Program-made: the position numbers and the translations under genes
Shown here: piece after piece, positions 36,428-46,286 of the stretch
Layout of the letters: every line of letters starts with the position of its first letter
How positions within the stretch are numbered: position 1 is the first letter of the stretch
Source: a virus
Direction: 5' to 3' (one strand)
DNA length: 64,000 nucleotides
Virus record (IMG/VR): IMGVR_UViG_3300046008_000478
Span: 1-64,000 of that record
The notes under the pieces: model-generated
Database searches by the model: none
What the model was told of the DNA's origin: nothing
The model's input: only the letters and a program-made list of their open reading frames with translations

Positions 36428-37221
36428 TGGTCGCAAGAGCACTCCTGGCGAATAACGCCATCACGACACTCGCACTGGCAATCACTGGCGCGGGGGATGT
36501 CACGATGAATGTGACCTCGGCTGCAGCATTCCCAGCTTTGAGTGGCGGTAACTATTTCTATGCAACGATCCTCGATGGGTCAAATATCCCCGAAGTGGTG
36601 AAGGTGACCGGTGTTGCTGGGACCATATTTGCCATCGTAAGGGCTGCAGACAATACCATTGCACGCACTTTTGCGGTTGGGGCTAAGGTGTCTATGAATC
36701 TCAACGCGGCCGTTCTCAACGAGCTGCTGGGGAAAGATTTGGTTGGGTTGTCTGGAATAGTTGATGTTGCACACGGCGGCCACGGAGCAACAACCGCTGC
36801 AGGCGCAAGGACCGCTCTCGGCCTGGAGATTGGCGCTGACGTTGCTGCTCCGCTTGGCTTCACGCCAGCCAACGACACGCTCGCGCTGCACCTTGCTGGC
36901 ACCGAGTCCGTGACGGGAATCAAGCGCACAAACGAAACCACCGACAACGATGGCAGCTTCGACTTGAATGCCGCGATGGACTTCAAATGCACACCCTCTG
37001 CGGGTTTCACGCTGACGTTCACGAACATACCGGCAACGCCGCTGGTGCAAAAGGGCACGATCATGCTGGTCAACCCAAGCGCCTACTCAGTCGCGGCCCA
37101 CGCCAATACAAAAGTTGGTGCGGCCACTCTCGCAGCACTTAGCGCCGCAGGCACCTACGAGTTGAGCTACCGCACCAGTAACGGCATTGCTTATGTCACG
37201 GCATCTGGAGCACTCGCATAA
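36427..37221 (+). CDS. Tail fibre protein (proximal)
   Basis: NNA.TTLA...EVVKVT...VRA...A..F..G; VAHGG.GATTAAGARTALGL. Confidence 0.7.
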   Translation: MVARALLANNAITTLALAITGAGDVTMNVTSAAAFPALSGGNYFYATILDGSNIPEVVKVTGVAGTIFAIVRAADNTIARTFAVGAKVSMNLNAAVLNELLGKDLVGLSGIVDVAHGGHGATTAAGARTALGLEIGADVAAPLGFTPANDTLALHLAGTESVTGIKRTNETTDNDGSFDLNAAMDFKCTPSAGFTLTFTNIPATPLVQKGTIMLVNPSAYSVAAHANTKVGAATLAALSAAGTYELSYRTSNGIAYVTASGALA

Positions 37222-39617
37222 TGACCGGCTTTCTTGATGCTTCGGTAATCGAAGAAGGTGGGGGCTACCAAATCCAGCGCAGCCTGCGGACGAGGGCTAG
37301 TGCTACGGCGTATTTGTCGAGGACGTTTGGAGTTCCAACGGATGCAAAGAAATACACGATAAGCGTGTGGTGCAAGCGTGGTGCACTCTCTAGTTTGCAG
37401 GGTTTGATTTCCGCATTTGACGGAGCGCTATCTCACCCCGGTGAAATTACGTTTAACGCGAATGACACAGTAACCGCTAAGGCTGGTGGATCGGCGGTTA
37501 ATGGCGTGACTACCACTGCGGTGTACCGTGACCCATCTGCACACATGCACATCTGCTTTAGCATTGATGCAGCGAACACGACTTGCTCATTGTTTGTAAA
37601 TAACGGCCCTGCACTCACGGCAACAATCGCAAACGTAGTTAGTCAGCTAAATGCGAACGGGCGCGTTGTTCGGATTGGGGCTTTCTACACGGCGGCAGCC
37701 CAGTTCTTAGACGGATACCTGTCAGAGTTCAACTTCATCGACGGCCAAGCCCTCACGCCCTCCAGCTTCGGCCAAACCGACCCGACCACAGGCCAGTGGT
37801 CAGCAAAGAAGTACGTCGGAACCTACGGCACAAACGGCTTCTACCTCGACTTCAGCGACCCAACCAGCGCCACAACGCTGTGCTACGACCGATCTGGCAA
37901 CGGCAACAACTGGACGCCGAACAACATTTCAACGACTGCCGGTGCGACTTACGACAGCATGCTGGATGTGCCACTGGGTGGTGGAGGTGCTGAGCGGGGG
38001 AATTACTGCACGTTGAATCCGTTGGATAAGATAACAACGACTGTCACAAACGGGAACCTAACTGCGAACCCGTCAGGGATGGGGCCTGTTCTGGGCACTA
38101 TACAAATACCAGCAAGTGGCAAAATCTACGCTGAGTGCACAGCGGATACGACTGGGGCCTCTGGAACATCATTGGCTATTTTCGGTGTCAAGAAAACTTC
38201 AGCACCGTTGGTTGGGGGCAACGCTGCGCCACCAAATGTTTGGGGTGTTAGCTGGGACGGAAGATTGATATTTTCCCTAAATGCAACGCAGACAATCGGA
38301 GCATCTGGCTTCGGTGTTATTGGGCGTGTGTTTCAGTTTGCAATTGACACGGCTACGGGTAGCATTTGGCTCGGTACTAATAACGTGTGGTATTCGGCTG
38401 TAGGTACTGTCACCAGTGCACCCGATGCAGGCGGCACTCCCGCAGCAACCGGGCTACCCGCAGACCTAATACCATTCTTTTCCGCAGACCTTGCGACTGC
38501 CTCCGTCAACTTCGGCCAACGTGGTTTCACCTACACCCCACCCGCAGGCTTCAAAGCATTGCACACCGGCAACCTGCCAATCCCTGTTGGTGCTGCGCTG
38601 GAGCCTAAGAAGCATTTTGATGTGGTGACGTACCTTGGAAATGGGGGCGCAAAAGCCATAACAGGGTTAGGATTCCAGCCCGACTTGGTGTGGCCGAAGG
38701 ATCGCGGTGTGGCTTTGAATCACCGCTTGGTAGATTCAGTGCGCGGCACAACCAAGGTTCTGTCGTCAAACACCACTGATGCGGAACGCACGATTCCAGA
38801 CGCTAACGATACCTTCACATCCTTTGACTCTGGTGGCTTCACGCTTGGTGCTGGTCAGGGCATGAACTCCAATGGGGATAGCTATGTCGCATGGCTCTGG
38901 AAAGCAGGCGGCGCAGCAGTCACGAACACCACAGGAACGATCACCTCTCAGGTGAGTGCGAACGTGGCGGCTGGTTTTAGTGTCTTGACGTACACGGGCA
39001 CGGGCGCGAACGCTACGGTAGCGCATGGTTTGGGTGTTGCGCCGAAGATGATGATCGTCAAGCAGCGCAGCGCTACGGGTGATTGGTTTGTATACCACGC
39101 AAACTCAAACGCAACCCCACAAAACGCGGCGCTGTTTCTCAACCTGACCACAGCGTACACAAACAACGTGTACTGGAACAACACGGCACCAACCTCAAGC
39201 GTATTCACAACAGGGGTGGCTGGCGGCTTGAATGCCAGCGGCGTCACGCAAGTTGCCTACTGCTTTGCAGAGGTCGCAGGCTACAGCAAGATCGGTTCTT
39301 ACACCGGCAATGGCAGTGCAGACGGCCCGATGGTGTGGTGTGGGTTTAGGCCACGGTTTGTGATGTACAAACGTGCGGACTCCGTTAGCGACTGGCAGAT
39401 GGTTGATACGGCCCGTGACCCGTACAACCCGCAACACCTCGAATTGAATGCTAATCTGAGTGGTGTTGAGTTCGACAACACAGGTGTCCGTCCATTTGAC
39501 CTTGTTGCCAATGGATTCAAGATTCGAGGCACGAATGGTGGGGCAAACGCATCAGGCGGCACCTACATCTTCTACGCCATTTCCGAAGCCAATTTTAAAT
39601 ACGCACTAGGACGCTAA
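37221..39617 (+). CDS. Tail fibre / receptor-binding protein (LamG, SPRY-like, repeated beta domains)
   Basis: YQIQRSLR, FIDGQALTPSSFG, YGTNGFYL.F, NFGQR.F.YTPP.GFKAL, repeated YTGNG. Confidence 0.8.
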   Translation: MTGFLDASVIEEGGGYQIQRSLRTRASATAYLSRTFGVPTDAKKYTISVWCKRGALSSLQGLISAFDGALSHPGEITFNANDTVTAKAGGSAVNGVTTTAVYRDPSAHMHICFSIDAANTTCSLFVNNGPALTATIANVVSQLNANGRVVRIGAFYTAAAQFLDGYLSEFNFIDGQALTPSSFGQTDPTTGQWSAKKYVGTYGTNGFYLDFSDPTSATTLCYDRSGNGNNWTPNNISTTAGATYDSMLDVPLGGGGAERGNYCTLNPLDKITTTVTNGNLTANPSGMGPVLGTIQIPASGKIYAECTADTTGASGTSLAIFGVKKTSAPLVGGNAAPPNVWGVSWDGRLIFSLNATQTIGASGFGVIGRVFQFAIDTATGSIWLGTNNVWYSAVGTVTSAPDAGGTPAATGLPADLIPFFSADLATASVNFGQRGFTYTPPAGFKALHTGNLPIPVGAALEPKKHFDVVTYLGNGGAKAITGLGFQPDLVWPKDRGVALNHRLVDSVRGTTKVLSSNTTDAERTIPDANDTFTSFDSGGFTLGAGQGMNSNGDSYVAWLWKAGGAAVTNTTGTITSQVSANVAAGFSVLTYTGTGANATVAHGLGVAPKMMIVKQRSATGDWFVYHANSNATPQNAALFLNLTTAYTNNVYWNNTAPTSSVFTTGVAGGLNASGVTQVAYCFAEVAGYSKIGSYTGNGSADGPMVWCGFRPRFVMYKRADSVSDWQMVDTARDPYNPQHLELNANLSGVEFDNTGVRPFDLVANGFKIRGTNGGANASGGTYIFYAISEANFKYALGR

Positions 39618-39619
39618 TC

Positions 39620-40036
39620 ATGCAATACCACCCTGAATCAAACATTTACGTCCGTGATGGCGAGGCATTCACCCATGAGGGTACTCAGTACCCATCGACA
39701 TGGGACAAGGCCAGCCTTGGATTTATCGAAGTAACCACGGTAGGAACCCGCGAGAACGATGCTTACTACTGGGTCAGCGAGGAAGTGCTGGACGGTGTTC
39801 GCACTATCACCAACACGCCCAAAGACCCCGAGCAAATCAAGACGATGGAGTCGGCAAAGAAGCTGGCCGAGATTGACGCACTGGAGCGCAACGCATTGAT
39901 GCCCCGTGCAACCCGAGAATTCATGCTGCTGAGTATGCAGTCGATGGCAACACCCGAGCAGCTTGAAGCAAACTTTGGGTACAAAGCGGTCAAAGCATTT
40001 GACGAGCAGATCAACGCACTGAGGGCTGCGCTGTGA
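39620..40036 (+). CDS. Tail fibre assembly-like protein
   Basis: GTQYP..W, YYWV, PRATRE; follows fibre. Confidence 0.55.
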   Translation: MQYHPESNIYVRDGEAFTHEGTQYPSTWDKASLGFIEVTTVGTRENDAYYWVSEEVLDGVRTITNTPKDPEQIKTMESAKKLAEIDALERNALMPRATREFMLLSMQSMATPEQLEANFGYKAVKAFDEQINALRAAL

Positions 40037-40314
40037 CGCTACTCCTAATCCTCCTGTACCCAGTTGCTGTGCAGTATGAGCGCGGTGGCTGGTGGCGTTT
40101 GCTTGCCCCGGTCACGGTGTTTGCTTTGCTGATCGACGTCATTGCCAACTACACGGAGTTGGCAATGCTGACGTGGGACTTCCCACGCAAGGGAGAGTTG
40201 ACATTCAGCACTAGGTTACTTCGTCTGCGCCATGACACCGGCCACATGCGGTACGCCTACAGCAATGTGATTGACTACCTAAACTTCTTTGCACCCAACG
40301 GGAAGCATGTATGA
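40033..40314 (+). CDS. Small membrane protein
   Basis: Hydrophobic; DVIANYT...TFSTRL.RL. Confidence 0.55.
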   Translation: MTLLLILLYPVAVQYERGGWWRLLAPVTVFALLIDVIANYTELAMLTWDFPRKGELTFSTRLLRLRHDTGHMRYAYSNVIDYLNFFAPNGKHV

Positions 40315-40763
40315 AAGACCGCTTCATCCGATCCCTATCCCGCGTTCTGTGGGACTCTGACCTGATTGCAACGCGGGTGTGGCTTGCGCTTGCGGAACTG
40401 TTCTGGGCGTTGATGCTGCTGATACCTGCGGATGGTCTGTTCTCTCGCCCGACATACAAGCACATGGCGACCGTCATGGGGCAGGATCAATGGGGTGTTG
40501 TGATGTTGCTGTCGGCAATCACTCAGATCAGCATCGTCTTGCAGAACGATTTGTACGGCAGGTTTTCGCGGTACTTTGCTGGCTACAACGCGGTACTGTG
40601 GTGCTACATAGGGGTCTACTCTCCGCTGGTGTCAGTAAGCCCACCGCCCGCAGCAATGGGGGCTGAAATGGCCGCGGCCTGCGCTGCTGTTTTCATCTTT
40701 ATCCAGCCTATCGTGCTGTGTGCAATCTACCGAAAGGGGTACGGCAATGGCAGGCTCCGATGA
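40311..40763 (+). CDS. Multi-pass membrane protein (lysis module)
   Basis: About four hydrophobic segments. Confidence 0.6.
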   Translation: MKDRFIRSLSRVLWDSDLIATRVWLALAELFWALMLLIPADGLFSRPTYKHMATVMGQDQWGVVMLLSAITQISIVLQNDLYGRFSRYFAGYNAVLWCYIGVYSPLVSVSPPPAAMGAEMAAACAAVFIFIQPIVLCAIYRKGYGNGRLR

Positions 40764-41088
40764 GAAATACCAGCGCAGGGCATCTGACTTGGTTGGCGGG
40801 GCGCCATCTGGTGAGCCACTTCTGGACTTGCTACGCGATGTGCTTAAACGCCTTGAGACTCTTGAGTTGTGCTGCGCGGAAATACAAACGGCCTTTGTGC
40901 AAAACGACTTGAAGAAACCAGACTTTGACGGCCACCGCAAGGCGCACATCATCATGATTAAAGCGGCTGAAGTTGTGGATGGCTACAAGCAGGACGCCAC
41001 AAAGACCGTGCTGCACTGGCTACTGGCGGGAGTGCTTGGCTTGCTGCTCACCGGCTTCGGTGCTTGGGTGTCGGGGCATATCAAATGA
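40747..41088 (+). CDS. Holin/antiholin-like protein
   Basis: Coiled N-terminus with DFDGHR.AH; single C-terminal TM; upstream of endolysin. Confidence 0.55.
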   Translation: MAGSDEKYQRRASDLVGGAPSGEPLLDLLRDVLKRLETLELCCAEIQTAFVQNDLKKPDFDGHRKAHIIMIKAAEVVDGYKQDATKTVLHWLLAGVLGLLLTGFGAWVSGHIK

Positions 41089-41140
41089 TGGCGCTGACTG
41101 TTTGGTTTTACTGGTGGGAAAACGTCTGGAAGGATTTGAA

Positions 41141-41557
41141 ATGATTAACTCCCGCGACATCAACGCCCTTAACCCGCGCACCTCCGCCAAGGCGCTGGAC
41201 TTCCAAGTCCGATGCGCCAACGCCGGTATCGACATCATCTTCACCAGCACCTTCAGAGATGACGAGTCCCAGAACTCCTTATACGCTCAGGGTCGCACGA
41301 CGCCGGGTAAACGAGTTACGAATGTGGCGGGCGGTGGATCATTCCACAACTGGAGAGTGGCGTTTGATTTCGTGCCTATCGTCAATGGCAAAGCCATCTG
41401 GAATGACAACGATCTTTGGGAGCGCTGTGGCGTCATTGGCGAGCAGTGCGGGTTGGAATGGGGCGGACGCTGGAAAAAGTTTGTAGACCGTCCTCACATG
41501 CAGGACACGATGGGATTCTCCATTGCTCAATATCAACGAGATGAGGTTAACGTATGA
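41141..41557 (+). CDS. Endolysin, peptidase M15 (L-Ala-D-Glu peptidase)
   Basis: R....Q..LYAQGRT.PG..VTN...S.HN...AFD...LEWGG.W..F.D.PH. Confidence 0.92.
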   Translation: MINSRDINALNPRTSAKALDFQVRCANAGIDIIFTSTFRDDESQNSLYAQGRTTPGKRVTNVAGGGSFHNWRVAFDFVPIVNGKAIWNDNDLWERCGVIGEQCGLEWGGRWKKFVDRPHMQDTMGFSIAQYQRDEVNV

Positions 41558-42063
41558 ACGATTGGCTTAAAACACTTGCCCCTTTGTTGGGTACTGCACT
41601 GGGTGGTCCATTGGGCGGTGCGGCTGCAGCATTTCTTGCTGACAAACTTGGTATTGAATCAAAAACAGTCGAGGCTGTAACCGAGGTTCTGAACTCCGGC
41701 AAGATGACACCCGACCAGATTGCCAATATCAAACTGGCCGAACTCGATTTCAAGAAGTTCACGGAAACCAACAAGATCGACGTGATGAAGGTTGAGGCTG
41801 CTGACCGCGCTGATGCTCGTGACACGTTCAAGGTGACTCGTTCCCGTGTACCGGCAGCCCTGACATTTCTAATCACCGTTGGATTCTTTGGCGTGTTGAT
41901 CGCAATGTTTAAGTGGCCAGAGGTGAAAGAATCCGCACCGTTGATGATCATGCTGGGCAGCCTCGGTACGGCTTGGACGGGGGCTTGCGCCTTTTGGTTC
42001 GGAACCACCAACTCCAGCGCCGACAAGAATCAGATGCTGGCCAACAGCGCACCAGCGAAATAG
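41554..42063 (+). CDS. Holin-like membrane protein
   Basis: APLLGTALGGPLGG, DRADAR, two TM helices, FWFG.T.SS..K. Confidence 0.75.
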   Translation: MNDWLKTLAPLLGTALGGPLGGAAAAFLADKLGIESKTVEAVTEVLNSGKMTPDQIANIKLAELDFKKFTETNKIDVMKVEAADRADARDTFKVTRSRVPAALTFLITVGFFGVLIAMFKWPEVKESAPLMIMLGSLGTAWTGACAFWFGTTNSSADKNQMLANSAPAK

Positions 42064-42065
42064 AT

Positions 42066-43859
42066 ATGAAAATCTCGATAGATACCTTCACTGGCATGGC
42101 CCCAAAAGTGGGCCCGCACCTGCTTCCTGCTCAGGCGGCGCAGCGCGCTGTCAATGTGAAACTCGTTTCTGGCGCCATTCAGCCAGTGAACAAGCCGAAG
42201 CTGGTATTTACCGGGATTATTGGCAACGCAAAGTCTGTGTTCATGCTTGGGGTTGCCGGTTCGGCAGTCCCGATTTCCTGGGCGACTGATGTGGATGTGG
42301 CCAGTAGCCCTGTTCCAGATGATGAGTACCGCATCTACTACACCGGTGACGGGGCTCCAAAGAAAACAAGCGTGCTGCTTTGTGGCTCGCCTGTTGGCGG
42401 TCCCACTGCCTGGTACAACCTGGGGGTTCCTGCTCCTGCATCTGCTCCAAGCGCTGCAGCCACGACCGGTAGCGTTCCTGCCGGCACGTATGTCTACGTT
42501 TACACCTATGTAACCCAGTTCGGCGCCACGCTGCTGGAAGAGTCAGCCCCATCCAATCCCGTCACGATTACCCTGGGCGCCGCGGGAGGGGTGGCTTTGA
42601 CTGGGCTGGCCAACCCAGTATCCAGCACCAACTACAATTTTGTCTACAAGCGGATCTATCGCAGTACAGGGACAACCCTGCAGCTTGTTGCTCAGATCCC
42701 TGTGGCCACCACGACATACACCGACACGCTGAGTGCCACCAGTATTCTTGGGGATGCGCTGGCCACTGCCGGGTGGCTACCACCTCCAGCAGACTTGAAG
42801 GGGATCACATCGCTGCCATCGTCCGTTCTGGTGGGGTTTCGCGGCAATGAGGTGTGGTTCAGTGAACCAGGCTTCCCGCACGCATGGCCACTCCAGTACA
42901 TGCAGTCGCTGGATAGCCAGATCATTGGTCTGAAAGCGTTTGGCAATAACATCGTGATTGCGACACAGATGTACCCCTATGCTGCAAGTGGCCTGCACCC
43001 TTCTGCGTTTACGCTCCAGAAGCTGCCGCTGCTTGAGCCATGCCTATCCAAGCGGTCGCTGGTGAGTGACGAGTTTGGCGCCTTGTATGCGAGTGCAAAT
43101 GGGCTAGTTTCCATCACCAGTGATGCAAGCGGCCTGGCATCCGCCCAGGTACTGAGTCGAGATACCTTTGCGCAGTTTTACCCAAGCACCATCACGGCCG
43201 CCGTGTTTGAACGCAGGTACTACGGGTTTTATGATTCGCCATCAGGCGGAGCGGGTGGGTTTATTTTCACCAGGGAGGATGCGGGGCCCATCACAGTCAC
43301 GGATGTGCAGGCCACTGCCGTGCATGTGGACCAAGCGACGGCGCAGCTGCTCTTTGTCAATAAAGTGGATGGGGATTTGTACCAGTACGACCCCATAGAT
43401 TCCGCTCCATTCCGATTTTTGTGGAAGTCCAAAGTGTTTATCTTGGAGTCTGCTGCGAATCTTGGGTGCTTTCGTATCAGTGGGCCCGAGCTCACTCACG
43501 CCGACAACCAGGCCAATGCCGCCATTGACGCCATCAACGCCGGGGTTATTGCCGCCAACAATGTGCTGTATGCGTCCGGAGACTTGGGCATCGGCACCAA
43601 TGCACTGGTGACAAACTCCGATGTCAACGGCGTGAATGGCTCCAGCATGGAGGCCACCACTCCTTACCCGCTTTCCACTTTTGATGTGGTGGTGAGCGCC
43701 GGCGGCGTGGATGTGAGCTACCAGACATGCGTGGTCAACAAGTTGTATCGCCTGCCGTCTGGATTCCGAAATACTGGCTGGGAGATAGCTATCAGCGGCC
43801 AGCGTGAGGTCCGCGGGATTGACATGGCGATCTCGCCACAGGAGTTGCGCAATGGCTAG
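42066..43859 (+). CDS. Tail tubular/nozzle (stabilization) protein
   Basis: F.GM.PK..P.LLP...AQ.A.N; YVYTYVT; FSEP..PHAWP; WKSK.F. Confidence 0.78.
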   Translation: MKISIDTFTGMAPKVGPHLLPAQAAQRAVNVKLVSGAIQPVNKPKLVFTGIIGNAKSVFMLGVAGSAVPISWATDVDVASSPVPDDEYRIYYTGDGAPKKTSVLLCGSPVGGPTAWYNLGVPAPASAPSAAATTGSVPAGTYVYVYTYVTQFGATLLEESAPSNPVTITLGAAGGVALTGLANPVSSTNYNFVYKRIYRSTGTTLQLVAQIPVATTTYTDTLSATSILGDALATAGWLPPPADLKGITSLPSSVLVGFRGNEVWFSEPGFPHAWPLQYMQSLDSQIIGLKAFGNNIVIATQMYPYAASGLHPSAFTLQKLPLLEPCLSKRSLVSDEFGALYASANGLVSITSDASGLASAQVLSRDTFAQFYPSTITAAVFERRYYGFYDSPSGGAGGFIFTREDAGPITVTDVQATAVHVDQATAQLLFVNKVDGDLYQYDPIDSAPFRFLWKSKVFILESAANLGCFRISGPELTHADNQANAAIDAINAGVIAANNVLYASGDLGIGTNALVTNSDVNGVNGSSMEATTPYPLSTFDVVVSAGGVDVSYQTCVVNKLYRLPSGFRNTGWEIAISGQREVRGIDMAISPQELRNG

Positions 43860-44049
43860 GAGATTTCAGAATATCCCGCCAATCACAGCCGGGAATTCAC
43901 TTCCGGCACTTCGAGCCCTGGCGGACTCTGTTGGCTACATCACGGCACAGTCCCAGCCCGTGATTGCTCCTTTGCCGCCTGGCGCAACACTTGACCAGGT
44001 GGCAGCGAAGGTGAATGAGATTCTTTCCAGGCTGCAGGGCGTGGATTAG
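43852..44049 (+). CDS. Small tail protein
   Basis: AGGAG RBS; KVNEILSRLQG. Confidence 0.6.
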   Translation: MARRFQNIPPITAGNSLPALRALADSVGYITAQSQPVIAPLPPGATLDQVAAKVNEILSRLQGVD

Positions 44050-44050
44050 T

Positions 44051-44130
44051 GTGACGGAATTCACTCGTCACTGATAGAATGGTTCCAGCAACAAAGCGGG
44101 ACAGACAGCCCCCGCAAAACAAATAGCGGC
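44051..44130 (+). promoter_or_regulatory. Late promoter 2 with conserved leader hairpin
   Basis: GTGACG-18nt-TAGAAT (extended TG), 45-nt element 38/45 identical to 19669-19713. Confidence 0.65.
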
Positions 44131-44170
44131 CACTTCTGGGCCGACCTGTCTTCAAAATACCCAACAACCC

Positions 44171-44201
44171 AAGCCGCCTGGTTCTCAGTGCGGCTTTTTT
44201 T
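44171..44201 (+). terminator. Intrinsic terminator in leader of ejection-protein operon
   Basis: AAGCCGC-loop-GCGGC-T7. Confidence 0.75.
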
Positions 44202-44235
44202 GCATTTGCAATTAGCAAAGCGCCATGCAAATCAC

Positions 44236-44658
44236 ATGCTGAACTATCAATTCGACCCGGTATTTTCGTTTGTTCAATCGCGCATTCCAGGACTGGTGAG
44301 ATCGCCAGGCATGTCCGCTATTGGCCTTGAGCGCAATGGATCGATTGTTGCTGGCGCAGTCTACGAGGGCTTCAACGGGAAGAACATGTGGGTTCACCTT
44401 GCAGGCTTGCCTGGTCGGTCCTGGTTGAATCGCGAGTTTCTGCATGCTGGGTTCTGCTACCCATTTATTCAATGCGGAGTCCAGCGACTGAGTGGCTATG
44501 TGAACGCCAGTAACACTGAGGCTAGGCGCTTTGATGAGCACGTCGGCTTCCGCGAGGAGGCGCGTTTGCGTGGCGCAGCCCCCGATGGTGGCGATGTGAT
44601 TATTTATGTGATGCAAAAAGAGGATTGCCAGTTTCTCGGCAAGGTAAAAATATGTTAA
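44236..44658 (+). CDS. GNAT-fold acetyltransferase-like virion morphogenesis protein
   Basis: F.YPF.Q.GV.RL...V.A.N..A.RF..H.GF..E..LR. Confidence 0.8.
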   Translation: MLNYQFDPVFSFVQSRIPGLVRSPGMSAIGLERNGSIVAGAVYEGFNGKNMWVHLAGLPGRSWLNREFLHAGFCYPFIQCGVQRLSGYVNASNTEARRFDEHVGFREEARLRGAAPDGGDVIIYVMQKEDCQFLGKVKIC

Positions 44659-45833
44659 TTCCAAGTAAGCACTGCGGCTACCAGGCTAGCATTCGTCTGT
44701 ACCCCGGAAGCGGGAAGGGTGGCGGCGGAGGCTCCGCTCCAGCTCCAGACCCAGCCTTGATTGCGGCGCAAATTCGCTCCATGGGGATCCAGGACGAGGC
44801 GATCAAGACAGTGGTGGCCAACTCAAATGAGATGCTTCCTTTGCAAAAGGAGCAGACGAAGTTTGGCCTTGAATCTGCAAAGACCGCCTACCAGCAATCA
44901 CAGGATGACCGCGGTTGGGCGCTTGCTCGCCGCGGAGAGATGACTGGCGTCCAAGATGGAATGATCAAGGATGCCGCCGACTTCAATGCGGATGGCCGCC
45001 AGGAGCAGTTGGCTCAGAAGGCCGGAGAAGATGTCGCTGGGGCAATAAGTACATCCCAAGGGCAGTTGACACGGACACTGGCATCCCGCGGAATCAATGC
45101 CAATTCAGGTGCCGCGCTAACCGCCATGAATGGGTCTGCATTAACCGGAGCAATGGCTGGCGCCAGTGCTGTAAACAACACCCGAGAGGCTGCGCGCAAA
45201 GAGGGTTACGGCCTATCCGACCGGGCGAACAGTGCCCTGGCTGGGTATTCCACCCAGGCATCCGCATCGTCCGGTGCAGGCGCTGGGTTCGGAGCTTCCG
45301 GCGTAGCTACGGCAAATGCAGGGGCGACCGGAATGAATGCTGGATTTGGAACGGCCGGAGGAATGGCTGGGCAAATGGGATCCAATGCCGCTGGTATGTA
45401 CGGAACCCAGGCCAACTACTCCATCGCACAGAATCAAGCGAACAACCAGCCAGACCCCATGATGCAACTCATGGGTGGCGCGGCCATGAAGTACGCCATG
45501 TCCTCCGACGTCAACCAAAAGGAATCTATCTGCGCTACTGAGCCTGGATCAGCCCTGGAGGCGGTCAAAGCCCTGCCTGTGAGCGAGTGGCAGTACAAGG
45601 AAGATAGCCCAGCTAATGACGGAGGCAAGCGCCACACCGGACCCATGGCCCAGGACGTGCAGCGCGTCGTTGGAGAGAAGGCAGCCCCGGGCGGCAAGAT
45701 GATTGACTTGATCAGCCTGAATGGGCTGAACATGGCAGCCACCAAAGATCTGAACCAAAAAGTTGAGCAACTCACCCATCAGGTCAAGCGCCTGTCTGTA
45801 GGTGGCGTGCACCGAAAGGAATCCAATGTCTAG
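44652..45833 (+). CDS. DNA ejection/pilot protein with C-terminal peptidase S74 chaperone domain
   Basis: GKGGGG.APAPDP start, LASRG..NSG, G/A-rich; SD...KE.I...WQYK...HTGPMAQD. Confidence 0.75.
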   Translation: MLIPSKHCGYQASIRLYPGSGKGGGGGSAPAPDPALIAAQIRSMGIQDEAIKTVVANSNEMLPLQKEQTKFGLESAKTAYQQSQDDRGWALARRGEMTGVQDGMIKDAADFNADGRQEQLAQKAGEDVAGAISTSQGQLTRTLASRGINANSGAALTAMNGSALTGAMAGASAVNNTREAARKEGYGLSDRANSALAGYSTQASASSGAGAGFGASGVATANAGATGMNAGFGTAGGMAGQMGSNAAGMYGTQANYSIAQNQANNQPDPMMQLMGGAAMKYAMSSDVNQKESICATEPGSALEAVKALPVSEWQYKEDSPANDGGKRHTGPMAQDVQRVVGEKAAPGGKMIDLISLNGLNMAATKDLNQKVEQLTHQVKRLSVGGVHRKESNV

Positions 45834-46278
45834 GGCACTGTTGAATATTGCCGGGATTACTGCAGCCATGATGGCTGGTCGCGGAGACCGAGAGCGACAA
45901 GCCAGCGACCGGGCCGCCTGGCGCGCGCGCATGGGTATGAAGCCCGAAGAAGAGCAAAAGGCACCCATCGACCGATTGACTGATTGGGTTGGGTCCAAGG
46001 CGAGCAGCATGCTCAAGCCAGCCGAGGCGGCCGCAAGCACGCCGCCATCACCTGCTGCTGTACAGGATGCGCCAACAGTCGAAAGCACCCGGCAGACCAT
46101 TGATCAGCCTGCGGTAGATGACTTGGCTGAGTCGACTCGGCAGCAGTCCGAAGCCGCAAGCAACTCCCAATTCGAGAGTGATAAAGATATCCCGGCCGGC
46201 GGTGCATTTACGACTGACCAGTGGGACAAAGCCCCTGATATGTACCCAAGTAGCCAAATGCTCGATGAGCAGCAATAG
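45826..46278 (+). CDS. Hypothetical (ejection module) protein
   Basis: AAGGA RBS; low complexity. Confidence 0.5.
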   Translation: MSRALLNIAGITAAMMAGRGDRERQASDRAAWRARMGMKPEEEQKAPIDRLTDWVGSKASSMLKPAEAAASTPPSPAAVQDAPTVESTRQTIDQPAVDDLAESTRQQSEAASNSQFESDKDIPAGGAFTTDQWDKAPDMYPSSQMLDEQQ

Positions 46279-46286
46279 GAAACACC

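Noticed and set aside
27022-39617. Diversity-generating retroelement targeting fibres
   Set aside because: No reverse transcriptase and no adenine-variant TR/VR repeat pair seen in the window
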